64,000 nucleotides of DNA from Peptococcaceae bacterium (GTDB lineage: Bacteria; Bacillota; Peptococcia; Peptococcales; Peptococcaceae). The notes beneath the pieces are model-generated. The model was not told where the DNA came from. It did no database searches and worked only from the letters and a program-made list of their open reading frames with translations. The translations under genes and the position numbers were made by a program. The stretch lies in contig JAHZHI010000055.1 of NCBI GenBank assembly GCA_019420345.1, forward strand, positions 17,871 through 81,870, given 5' to 3'. Of this stretch, positions 54,785-63,282 are shown piece after piece (positions within the stretch are counted from its first letter, which is position 1; every line of letters begins with the position of its first letter).

Positions 54785-56719
54785 ATGCCTACATTGACAG
54801 AAAAAATTCTCGCTGCCCATCTCACCGATGGTGAAATGAAACCGGGCAACGAAATCGGATTACGCATTGATCAAACCCTCACCCAGGATTCCACCGGTAC
54901 CATGGCGTACCTGGAACTGGAAGCGATGGGCATTGACCGCGTAAAAACAGAACGTTCTGTGGCTTACATCGACCACAACATGCTGCAGAGCGGTCCTGAA
55001 AACTTTGACGATCACCTGTTCATTCAGAGCGCTGCTGAAAACTTCGGCATCACCTACAGCCGTCCAGGCAACGGTATCTGCCATCAGGTGCATCTTGAAA
55101 ACTTCGGCATCCCTGGCAAAACCCTCATCGGCTCTGACAGCCACACCCCTACTGGCGGCGGCCTTGGCATGATCGCCATTGGTGCCGGCGGTGTTGACGT
55201 TGCAGCTGCTATGGCTGGCCGCAGCTACTACATCACCTGCCCAGACGTTATCGAAGTACGCCTGACTGGCAAACTGCGCACCGGTGTTTCTGCAAAAGAC
55301 ATCATTCTCTATGTTCTGCAGCAGGAAACCGTTAAAGGCGGCGTCAACAAAGTGTATGAATATACCGGCGACGGCGTAGCCACCCTCTCCGTTCCTGAAC
55401 GTGCAACCATTACCAACATGGGTGCTGAACTGGGTGCTACCTGCTCCATCTTCCCTAGCGATGAAAACACCAAGGTTTACATGGATTCCATGGGCCGCGG
55501 CGATCAGTGGGTGCCACTGGCTGCTGACGATGATGCTGTTTATTTCAAGACCATCAACGTCGACCTCTCCACCTTGGAACCAATGACCGCTTGCCCACAC
55601 AGCCCAGACAAGGTTGTCACCGTTGAAAGCCTTGCTGGCATGAAGATCAACCAGGTGGCCATCGGCAGCTGCACCAACTCCTCTTACCTGGATCTGGCAC
55701 GCTGCGCAGCCATCCTCAAAGGTCAGAAGGTTGCTGAAAACGTCAGCCTCGTTATTTCTCCAGGGTCCCGCACCATCCTCAAGCAGATGGCTTCTGATGG
55801 CATTCTCTCCATCTTCCTCGAAGCTGGCGCCCGTATCCTCGAATGCGGCTGCGGTCCTTGCATCGGTATGGGCCAGGCTCCTAACACCGATGGTATCAGC
55901 CTGCGTACCTTCAACCGCAACTTCTTTGGCCGCAGCGGCACCAAGAGCGCTCAGGTTTACCTCGTCAGCCCTGAAACGGCAGCTATCTCTGCCATCACTG
56001 GCGTATTAACCATCCCTGCCGGCGACACCCGCCTGGAAGGCATTCAGGTTCCTGAACGCTATGACCGTGACGACCACCTCTTCATCTTCCCTAGCGATGA
56101 AAAGATCGGCCACACCCCACTGGTCAAAGGGCCAAACATCAAAGGCGTGCCACTGGGCGAACCTGTTCCTGAAACCTTCACCGGCAAAGTTGCTGCTTAT
56201 TTGGAAGACAACATCACCACCGACCATATCATGCCTTCCAACGCCAAACTGCTGCCATTCCGTTCCAACATTCCTCATCTGGCAAACTTCTGCCTCACCC
56301 CATCCGATGCAGATTTCCCAAGCCGCTGCCAGGAAATGCAAGGCACGGAATACGCACCAGTCATCGTTGCTGGTGAAAACTATGGCCAGGGTTCCAGCCG
56401 TGAACACGCAGCCCTCGCACCACTCTATCTCGGTGTTAAGGCCGTTATTGCCAAGAGCTTTGCACGTATCCACAAAGCAAACCTCATCAACAACGCCATC
56501 CTGCCATTGACCTTCAAAAATCCAGCCGACTACGACGACTTCAACCTCGGCGATGTGCTCAGCTTCTCTGATCTGCCAGCACAGGTCAAGGCACGCAGCG
56601 TAACCGTGAAGAACGAAACCACCGGCAAGACCTACGAACTCGCCCTCGAACTTGGCGAACGTCAGGAACGCCTCCTGCTCGAAGGTGGTCTTCTCACTTC
56701 CATCAAGCACGGCAAATAA
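54785..56719 (+). CDS. aconitate hydratase (644-aa clostridial-type aconitase)
   Basis: Fe-S ligand contexts [14 protein letters not shown] and CGPCIGMG. Swivel-domain [14 protein letters not shown]. Confidence 0.9.
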   Translation: MPTLTEKILAAHLTDGEMKPGNEIGLRIDQTLTQDSTGTMAYLELEAMGIDRVKTERSVAYIDHNMLQSGPENFDDHLFIQSAAENFGITYSRPGNGICHQVHLENFGIPGKTLIGSDSHTPTGGGLGMIAIGAGGVDVAAAMAGRSYYITCPDVIEVRLTGKLRTGVSAKDIILYVLQQETVKGGVNKVYEYTGDGVATLSVPERATITNMGAELGATCSIFPSDENTKVYMDSMGRGDQWVPLAADDDAVYFKTINVDLSTLEPMTACPHSPDKVVTVESLAGMKINQVAIGSCTNSSYLDLARCAAILKGQKVAENVSLVISPGSRTILKQMASDGILSIFLEAGARILECGCGPCIGMGQAPNTDGISLRTFNRNFFGRSGTKSAQVYLVSPETAAISAITGVLTIPAGDTRLEGIQVPERYDRDDHLFIFPSDEKIGHTPLVKGPNIKGVPLGEPVPETFTGKVAAYLEDNITTDHIMPSNAKLLPFRSNIPHLANFCLTPSDADFPSRCQEMQGTEYAPVIVAGENYGQGSSREHAALAPLYLGVKAVIAKSFARIHKANLINNAILPLTFKNPADYDDFNLGDVLSFSDLPAQVKARSVTVKNETTGKTYELALELGERQERLLLEGGLLTSIKHGK

Positions 56720-56730
56720 TTCATCCTCAC

Positions 56731-56762
56731 AAGAGCTGTCACTGACGTGACAGCTCTTTTTA
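56731..56762 (+). terminator. rho-independent terminator 1 after aconitase
   Basis: aagagctgtcac-tgac-gtgacagctctt followed by TTTT. Confidence 0.8.
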
Positions 56763-56770
56763 TAAGCAAA

Positions 56771-56820
56771 AGCCAGCGTTCTTACCGAAATTTATCGATA
56801 AGAGCGCTGGCTGTTTTTTT
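56771..56820 (+). terminator. second tandem terminator
   Basis: Long imperfect stem agccagcgttctta / taagagcgctggct followed by TTTTTTT. Confidence 0.65.
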
Positions 56821-56890
56821 GAGAAAGGCGTCAATATTTTCTAAACGCGATATAATAAAAAGAACTCACACGCCAAAGGAGGCCTTTTTC

Positions 56891-57736
56891 ATGCTTACCC
56901 ATCCTCTCACACCGCAAGACATCGCTGCTTACCTTCAATCTTTGCAGCGAGATGAACGCAGCACAGGCACGATCAAGAAATATGCCCACGACATTGATGA
57001 TTTCTATCAATGGCTCAGCACAAAACCAGTCAGTAAGGATGTACTCAACGCCTGGAAAAAACATCTGCTGGACAAAAACTACGCCCCTGTTACAATCAAC
57101 GCTAAACTTGCTGCGCTCAATGGACTTTGTCGTTTTCTTGGCTGGAATGATTGTCATGTACGATTTCTCAAAATTCAGCGCCGGCTTTTTCGTGACAGCA
57201 ACCGTGAGCTCACCCGTTATGATTACGCACGGCTCGTTTCCACTGCCAGACGCAGGCGGCAAGAACGGCTTGCTTTGTTAATGGAAACCATCTGTGCCAG
57301 CGGCATTCGCGTTTCAGAAGTCGCCGCCATTACTGTCGAAGCTGCTGCTGTCGGCCGCGCCGATGTGTCTCTCAAAGGGAAAATCCGCACCATTTTTCTA
57401 TCACCAAAGCTCTGCCGCAAACTGCTTAAATACGCTCGTAAGAAAAAAATCTTATCCGGCCCCATCTTCATTACCAGAAAAGGCCATGCACTTTCGCGCC
57501 ATCAAATCTGGGCGGAAATGAAGGCCCTTGCAAAAATTGCTGGTGTAAAAGCCAGCAAAGTCTTCCCACACAATCTGCGCCATTTGTTCGCCACTGTTTA
57601 TTACGCTGCCTGTAAAGACATTGTACGCCTAGCGGACATTCTCGGACATACCTCCATCGATACCACACGCATTTATCTCACTACCTCAGGCAGTGACTAT
57701 GCTCAGCAGCTCGAACGATTGAAGCTGATCTTATGA
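56891..57736 (+). CDS. tyrosine site-specific recombinase (XerC/D-like, phage integrase family)
   Basis: R...HxxR...H...Y catalytic pattern: GIRVSEV, HNLRHLFAT, LGHTSIDTTRIY. 281 aa. GC is about 42 % by hand count, below the flanks. Confidence 0.85.
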   Translation: MLTHPLTPQDIAAYLQSLQRDERSTGTIKKYAHDIDDFYQWLSTKPVSKDVLNAWKKHLLDKNYAPVTINAKLAALNGLCRFLGWNDCHVRFLKIQRRLFRDSNRELTRYDYARLVSTARRRRQERLALLMETICASGIRVSEVAAITVEAAAVGRADVSLKGKIRTIFLSPKLCRKLLKYARKKKILSGPIFITRKGHALSRHQIWAEMKALAKIAGVKASKVFPHNLRHLFATVYYAACKDIVRLADILGHTSIDTTRIYLTTSGSDYAQQLERLKLIL

Positions 57737-57768
57737 TAAGGCTTATATTATACGAGGGGGATAATATA

Positions 57769-58848
57769 ATGAAAGAATCGTTGTCTGAGTACTGTCATCG
57801 CACACAGCGCGAAGATCTGTTAAAAGAATGGGATACAAGGCGCAATCAACCACTGACGCCGGAGAAGATCGGTCCTGGCAGTCATCGCAAAGTCTGGTGG
57901 CAATGTGCCAAAGGCCATCACTGGCAAAGTGTCGTTTACAGCCGCACCGAAAATATGTCCGGCTGTCCCTACTGTGCCGGACGACGCCCCATTCCTGGTG
58001 AAAACGATCTTGCTGCGCTTTATCCAGCTCTTGCTGCGGAATGGCATCCTACAAAAAATGGCACCCTCTTGCCGGAACATTGTTTGCCCGGCAGCCACCG
58101 CCGTGTTTGGTGGCGCTGCAGCAACGGCCATGAATGGCAGGCTCAAATCAAATCTCGTGTTCACGGTGCCGGCTGCCCAATTTGTACCAATCGACACGTT
58201 ATAACAACAGTTAATGACCTGGCAAGCCAATATTCCAGCATTGCTGCCGAATGGCATCCTACAAAAAACGGCACCCTCTTGCCGACACAAGTGGCACCCG
58301 GCAGCCATCGCAAAGTCTGGTGGCAATGTGCCAAAGGTCACGAATGGCAAGCTCAGATCGCTTCTCGTACAATCGGCGGCAATGGTTGTCCAGTGTGTTC
58401 CGGCAAAGCCGTCGTCGCTGGCGTTAACGATCTTGCCAGCCATTACCCAAGGCTGGCCAAAGAATGGCACCCCACCCTTAATGGCCATCTCACCCCGGAA
58501 ATGGTCACACCAGCTTCTAATCGCAAAGTTTGGTGGCGCTGCGACAAAGGACATGACTATCAAGCCAAGGTGTCATCACGCACAATGACCGGCAGCCAAT
58601 GCCCTTATTGCACCAATCGCAAGGTATTGGCAGGCTTCAATGACCTTGCTACAAAAGAACCTGATATTGCTAAGGAATGGCATCCCACAAAAAATGGTGA
58701 TCTAACGCCCGCCATGGTTCTCCCAGGCAGCCATCGCAAAGTTTGGTGGCAATGTGCCGCCGGTCACGAATGGCGCGCAATGATTTACAGCCGCACCGGC
58801 AGTCAGCATAGCGGCTGTCCTGTCTGCGCAGGAAAAATCAAACAGTAA
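57769..58848 (+). CDS. protein of five tandem treble-clef zinc-ribbon repeats (DUF4379 / zinc_ribbon_15-like)
   Basis: Five repeats of about 70 aa: NDLA..YP.LA.EWHPTKNG.L.P..V.PGSHRKVWWQC.KGHEW.A.I.SRT....GCP.C.G. It starts 32 nt after the recombinase stop and no terminator lies between them. Confidence 0.75.
   Translation: MKESLSEYCHRTQREDLLKEWDTRRNQPLTPEKIGPGSHRKVWWQCAKGHHWQSVVYSRTENMSGCPYCAGRRPIPGENDLAALYPALAAEWHPTKNGTLLPEHCLPGSHRRVWWRCSNGHEWQAQIKSRVHGAGCPICTNRHVITTVNDLASQYSSIAAEWHPTKNGTLLPTQVAPGSHRKVWWQCAKGHEWQAQIASRTIGGNGCPVCSGKAVVAGVNDLASHYPRLAKEWHPTLNGHLTPEMVTPASNRKVWWRCDKGHDYQAKVSSRTMTGSQCPYCTNRKVLAGFNDLATKEPDIAKEWHPTKNGDLTPAMVLPGSHRKVWWQCAAGHEWRAMIYSRTGSQHSGCPVCAGKIKQ
57826..58845 (+). 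repeat. about 4.9 tandem copies of a 210-bp coding repeat
   Basis: Near-identical stretches recur. For example ggcag(c/t)catcgcaaagt(c/t)tggtggcaatgtgcc is at about 57876, 58300 and 58727, and gaatggcatcctacaaaaaa(t/c)ggcaccctcttgcc is at 58038 and 58248. Confidence 0.8.
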
Positions 58849-58859
58849 CGCTTTTTGAT

Positions 58860-58893
58860 CCGCACGTTTCGTCACAACGTGCGGTATTTTTTA
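58860..58893 (+). terminator. rho-independent terminator
   Basis: ccgcacgtt / aacgtgcgg followed by TATTTTTT. Confidence 0.75.
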
Positions 58894-58995
58894 TTTCGCC
58901 TATCTTTTTTCCTGTCTCGATTGTTATGATAAGTAGAGCGCGATGTTGAATCGCTTGCCAAAACGTTTTGACTGCTCAGGTGAAAGGAGGGCACC

Positions 58996-59535
58996 GTGGA
59001 CACTGATTTTCTCACCATCCGAAAAATGAAACAAGGCGATGAAGCAGCGCTGGACGCGTTTGTGCGTAAGTACTACAGCGATATTCTCAAATATTGCACC
59101 TTCCACAGCAAGGGCCAGCGCGAGGCCGAGGACCTTACCCAGGAAACCTTTGTCCGCTTTTTCGCCAAGCTCTCCGAATACCGCTACCAAGGAAAAACAA
59201 AAAACTATCTTTACACCATCGCCGCCAATCTCTGCCGCAATCAGTGGAAGAAGCCGCAGCCACTGCCAACAGACGATGCAGAGCTCGCCAGCCATCTGAC
59301 CGACACCAATCAGGAGGAAAGCACCACCACACACCTGCTTCTGGAGTGGGCGCTGGGCCAGCTGCCTGCAGAGCAGCGCGAGGTGATCATCCTGCATTAC
59401 TACCAGGGATTAAAACTGCGTGAGATTGCTGACGTGCTTGAAATCGGGCTGCCGCTGGTAAAATACCGTCTGCGTCAGGCAAAAATCCAGCTCAGCGAAC
59501 AACTTGGAAAGGGGGCTGCCAACCATGACACTTGA
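58996..59535 (+). CDS. ECF-type RNA polymerase sigma-70 family factor
   Basis: Region 2 DLTQETFVRF. Region 4 LPAEQREVIILHYYQGLKLREIADVLEIGLPLVKYRL. GTG start lies 5 nt after GGAGGG. Confidence 0.85.
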   Translation: MDTDFLTIRKMKQGDEAALDAFVRKYYSDILKYCTFHSKGQREAEDLTQETFVRFFAKLSEYRYQGKTKNYLYTIAANLCRNQWKKPQPLPTDDAELASHLTDTNQEESTTTHLLLEWALGQLPAEQREVIILHYYQGLKLREIADVLEIGLPLVKYRLRQAKIQLSEQLGKGAANHDT

Positions 59536-60283
59536 TGAACTGCTTAAAAACGATGCCCAAGGCTTTTCGCCGCCGCTGCAGGAAACACACATTTCTGCCA
59601 CGATCGCTGCGGCACGCACCAGTTTCATCCAGGCAGAAGCTGAAACGCCGCTGCCATTTCACATCTTTCTGCGTGCACAGCTGCAGCTGATCCAGAAACG
59701 CTGGTGGCTGGCACAAGGCGCACTGCTGTTGCTTCTGGCGCTGGCGCTGCCCAGCCTGAGCACCTTCACACTCTGCCGCAGCCTGGCTGTCGCGGCAGCG
59801 CTCTTTGTGATTCTGCTGGTGCCTGAATGTGCCAAGAACCGCACCTATGACTGCCTGGAAATTGAATGCACCACCTACTATTCGCTGCGCCACATTTACG
59901 CAGCGCGGCTGCTGCTTTTCGGTTTGGTAGACATTGTTCTGATCACAGGCTTTTGCTGCGCCGCGGCCTGGGTCTACGCGCTTCCGTTTCTTACGCTGCT
60001 GACTCAGTTTCTGCTGCCGCTGACGGTCACCGCCGGCCTCTGTTTTGCCATTCTCGCAAACAGGCGCGGCAATGGCCCCTTCGCCATCGTTGTCTGTCTG
60101 CTGACCAGCGGCGTCTGGTGGCTGCTGCTTCTCAACGACCGCCTCTATCAGGCGATCACTGTGCCAATGTGGCTGACGTTGTTTGTCGTCAGTCTGGCCT
60201 TTCTTATGTTCGTCACCCCTCGCTGGATGACGGCATCAACCAAACAATGGGAGGGATCCTTACATGGAACTCTGTATGACTGA
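59525..60283 (+). CDS. polytopic membrane protein, putative anti-sigma factor
   Basis: It overlaps the sigma gene stop and has about 6 TM helices. No HxxxCxxC zinc motif was seen, so the anti-sigma call rests on position only. Confidence 0.45.
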   Translation: MTLDELLKNDAQGFSPPLQETHISATIAAARTSFIQAEAETPLPFHIFLRAQLQLIQKRWWLAQGALLLLLALALPSLSTFTLCRSLAVAAALFVILLVPECAKNRTYDCLEIECTTYYSLRHIYAARLLLFGLVDIVLITGFCCAAAWVYALPFLTLLTQFLLPLTVTAGLCFAILANRRGNGPFAIVVCLLTSGVWWLLLLNDRLYQAITVPMWLTLFVVSLAFLMFVTPRWMTASTKQWEGSLHGTLYD

Positions 60284-61151
60284 TCTCACAAAACGCTTCG
60301 GTGATTTCACCGCTGTTGACGGTGTCACGCTGACCATGACCACCGGCGTCTACGGGCTGCTTGGCCTCAACGGCGCTGGCAAAACAACGCTCATGCGCAT
60401 GCTCTGCACCCTGCTGACGCCCACGCACGGACAAATCACTTTTGATGGGCAGGACATTTTCAAGATGGACGCATCCTATCGCAGCTTGCTCGGCTATCTG
60501 CCGCAGGAATTTGGCTTCTACCCAGATTTCACCGTTCATGACTACCTGCTCTACATCGCCGCCATCAAAGGTATGCGCCCAGCGGTGGCCAAAGAACGCG
60601 TGCACACTCTGCTGCACCAAGTTGGCCTGGACAACGCCGCCAAACGCAAGATGAAAAAACTCTCCGGCGGCATGAAACGGCGCGCCGGCATTGCGCAGGC
60701 CATGCTCAATGACCCACGCATTCTCATCCTTGATGAGCCGACGGCAGGCCTCGACCCAAACGAACGCATCCGCTTCCGCAACCTCATCAGCGAGCTCTCA
60801 GAAAACCGCCTGGTGCTGCTGTCGACCCATATCGTCAGCGATGTGGAATACACCTGCGGCGAGATCTGGCTCATGAACGCCGGACGCATCGTCGAACAAG
60901 GCAGCGCCGAGGACCTGATTCGTTCGATGCGCGACCAGGTGTGGCGGCTCACAGTGGCGCGAAGCGACGTCGCCGCCTACGTGGCGCGCTTCAAAGTGGC
61001 GAACATCAAAGCGGGCCACGACAGCGCCGAGCTGCGCATCGTGTCACCGGTCAAGCCTGCCCCTGATGCCATGCTTGAAACAGCGACACTGGAAGACGTC
61101 TTTCTCTACTATTTTGGCGAAGCAGGAGGTGACGACCATGGGACGTTATGA
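60264..61151 (+). CDS. ABC transporter ATP-binding protein
   Basis: GLNGAGKTT, LSGGMKRR, LILDEPTAGLD. Confidence 0.9.
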   Translation: MELCMTDLTKRFGDFTAVDGVTLTMTTGVYGLLGLNGAGKTTLMRMLCTLLTPTHGQITFDGQDIFKMDASYRSLLGYLPQEFGFYPDFTVHDYLLYIAAIKGMRPAVAKERVHTLLHQVGLDNAAKRKMKKLSGGMKRRAGIAQAMLNDPRILILDEPTAGLDPNERIRFRNLISELSENRLVLLSTHIVSDVEYTCGEIWLMNAGRIVEQGSAEDLIRSMRDQVWRLTVARSDVAAYVARFKVANIKAGHDSAELRIVSPVKPAPDAMLETATLEDVFLYYFGEAGGDDHGTL

Positions 61152-62361
61152 ATGGAAAAAAATATTCAGCCGCACAGGCGGCAAAATTGCCTTGCTCATT
61201 TTAGTTATCGGCGTGGCGGTCATCTGCTACGCTGCCACCCTCTACGTCTCCTACACCGACAGCAACGGCGATTCCCTCAGTGGTCCAGCAGCAGCCCGCG
61301 CCCTGCGCGACGCCCAGGAAGAATGGAGCGGCCCCATCGATGATGCCATGCTGCGCAAAGCCATCACTGTCAACCAATCCATCGTCACTTCCGACGACTA
61401 CCAATCCGACGATGTGCAGCGCCAAAACATTGCCTATTCCCGCACCCAAGGCTACGAAACGATCCGCAATCTGATTGCGCAAACCTTTGGCGGCTTCAAC
61501 AACTACGACTATTTTCTCATCAACACCGTCTGTGTCGATGATGTTGGCAGTCTTTATGAACGCCGCGTGCAAAATCTCGAAGAATGGTTCTCTAAGCCTG
61601 AGGTTAACTTCTCCGCCGCCGAACAGGCCTATCTCATCAATCATTACGAAGCGCTGGACACGCCCCTGGTCAACAGCTACAAAGAAGGTTGGGATACGCT
61701 CATTTACTACGCACCCACACTGATTCTCTTTTTGCTGTTCGTCATGGTCTTCCTCGTTTCCGGCATCTTTCCCTGCGAAGGCCGCTGGAAAGCCGACGCC
61801 ATTTTCTTCTCCAGCCAATTGGGCCGCAGCAAAGCAGTGCGCACCAAAATTACCGCCGGATTCTCCATGGTCACGCTGCTTTATTGGCTCGCCATCGGGA
61901 TCTACACAGCGGTGCTGTTGCTGCTGCTCGGCACCGACGGCGCCCAGTGCGCCTACCAGCTGCTGAAATGGGAAACTTTTTACAACGTCACCATCGGGCA
62001 GGCTTATCTCCTTACCATCGTTGGCGGCTATCTTGGCATCCTCTTTCTCTCGCTGCTCACCATGTTTGTAAGTGCCATCAGCAGATCGCAGGTCATGGGA
62101 ATCATCGTACCCTATGCGCTCGTGCTTGCTGCCAACTTTCTCAAAAGCCTGTTGTCCAGCTGGGAAGTGCTGCCAAGCCTCCTCGGCCTGCTGCCCGATC
62201 AGCTCTTACAGCTTGGCCAGGTGCTGGACGATTTCAACCTCTACAACGTGTTCGGACACATCACCGGCTCTGTCCCAATCCTCTTCGTTCTTTACGGCGT
62301 CCTTTCCCTTCTGCTTCTGCCGCTCATGTATCACATCTACCGCAAAACCACTGTGCGCTGA
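61138..62361 (+). CDS. ABC-2 type permease with a large N-terminal extracytoplasmic loop
   Basis: MGRYEWKKIFSRTGGKIALLILVIGV begins the first TM. A loop of about 170 aa follows, then 5 TM helices. It overlaps the ATPase stop. Confidence 0.65.
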   Translation: MGRYEWKKIFSRTGGKIALLILVIGVAVICYAATLYVSYTDSNGDSLSGPAAARALRDAQEEWSGPIDDAMLRKAITVNQSIVTSDDYQSDDVQRQNIAYSRTQGYETIRNLIAQTFGGFNNYDYFLINTVCVDDVGSLYERRVQNLEEWFSKPEVNFSAAEQAYLINHYEALDTPLVNSYKEGWDTLIYYAPTLILFLLFVMVFLVSGIFPCEGRWKADAIFFSSQLGRSKAVRTKITAGFSMVTLLYWLAIGIYTAVLLLLLGTDGAQCAYQLLKWETFYNVTIGQAYLLTIVGGYLGILFLSLLTMFVSAISRSQVMGIIVPYALVLAANFLKSLLSSWEVLPSLLGLLPDQLLQLGQVLDDFNLYNVFGHITGSVPILFVLYGVLSLLLLPLMYHIYRKTTVR

Positions 62362-62365
62362 CGCA

Positions 62366-62400
62366 AACAGCCCTCGCTCATAAAAGCGAGGGCTGTTTTT
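62366..62400. terminator. bidirectional terminator between convergent genes
   Basis: 13-bp stem aacagccctcgct / agcgagggctgtt with T-tracts on both strands. Confidence 0.8.
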
Positions 62401-62404
62401 ATAA

Positions 62405-63193
62405 TCATTTTTTGCCAATCAACAATTTTGCGCCATTCATGCGCATAAGCATCGCTTTGCCGTGGCTTGTAAAAAGTCCGTTCGTCGTCTCAATCAACTG
62501 CACCTCTTCATAACCAAGCGCACGCAGCTGCGCCGCAAAAGCCTCCATATCGCCATACTTGCTGCGCGGCATGATGTCATGAATGACAAAGAGACCACCT
62601 TTTTTCAGAACACGCAGCGTTTCCAAGAGCAGCGCCTGATGATCTGCAGCAGGAATGTTGTGGTACACGAAATTGCTGGTCACCGCATCAAAGGATTCAT
62701 CTGGAAAATCCAGCTGTCGCGCATCGCCAGCGCGAAACGCCACATTGTCAACGCCTTCAAGGCGTGCGTTGTTCTCACAAACCTCACGGCTGTAAGCATA
62801 GTTTTTGCCCCAAAGGTCCACGCCCACCATTCGCGCCTGGGGATTCCATTTCGCGCAGGCGATGGTCAATGCGCCGCTGCCACAGCCAACATCCAAGCCG
62901 CAGCCACCATCGGGCAGCTTAACCTGAGCGCTGACACCGTTCAAAATACGCCGCGCCACGCCCTTCTCATTTCTGTAAGAAAAAGCATGGGTCAGCAAAG
63001 CCGCCCATGTGGTTAATGCCGTCATCACCAGCATTGCCACTCCGGCAACAATGGAACACCTCTTTCCTACGCCCTGTTTTCGCTGCTTTTTTAAAGCACT
63101 TGCCAAGGCAGCGGCACACACGCCGCAGCCAGCCACCCCCATGGGACACAGCCATTCTGGCAGCCAATTTTTGTAATCTGCTTGCTGTTTCAT
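62405..63193 (-). CDS. class I SAM-dependent methyltransferase with N-terminal TM helices
   Basis: Motif I LDVGCGSGAL and post-I VGVDLW. Two hydrophobic helices precede the catalytic domain. Confidence 0.75.
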   Translation of the reverse strand: MKQQADYKNWLPEWLCPMGVAGCGVCAAALASALKKQRKQGVGKRCSIVAGVAMLVMTALTTWAALLTHAFSYRNEKGVARRILNGVSAQVKLPDGGCGLDVGCGSGALTIACAKWNPQARMVGVDLWGKNYAYSREVCENNARLEGVDNVAFRAGDARQLDFPDESFDAVTSNFVYHNIPAADHQALLLETLRVLKKGGLFVIHDIMPRSKYGDMEAFAAQLRALGYEEVQLIETTNGLFTSHGKAMLMRMNGAKLLIGKK

Positions 63194-63282
63194 CTTTCAT
63201 CTCGCCTTTTTATAAAAATATGCCAACATACCATTGATATACTCAGTGTAGCACGCAGAAAACATAGCAGCAAGACACGCGC

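Noticed and set aside
56796-58933. Possible short direct repeats flanking the recombinase/zinc-ribbon module: ttatcgataag-agcgc at about 56796 and ttatgataagtagagcgc at about 58916.
   Set aside because: Only about 15 matching positions, and two gaps are needed. The left copy is simply the right arm of a terminator stem. That is too weak to call att sites without a statistical or comparative test.
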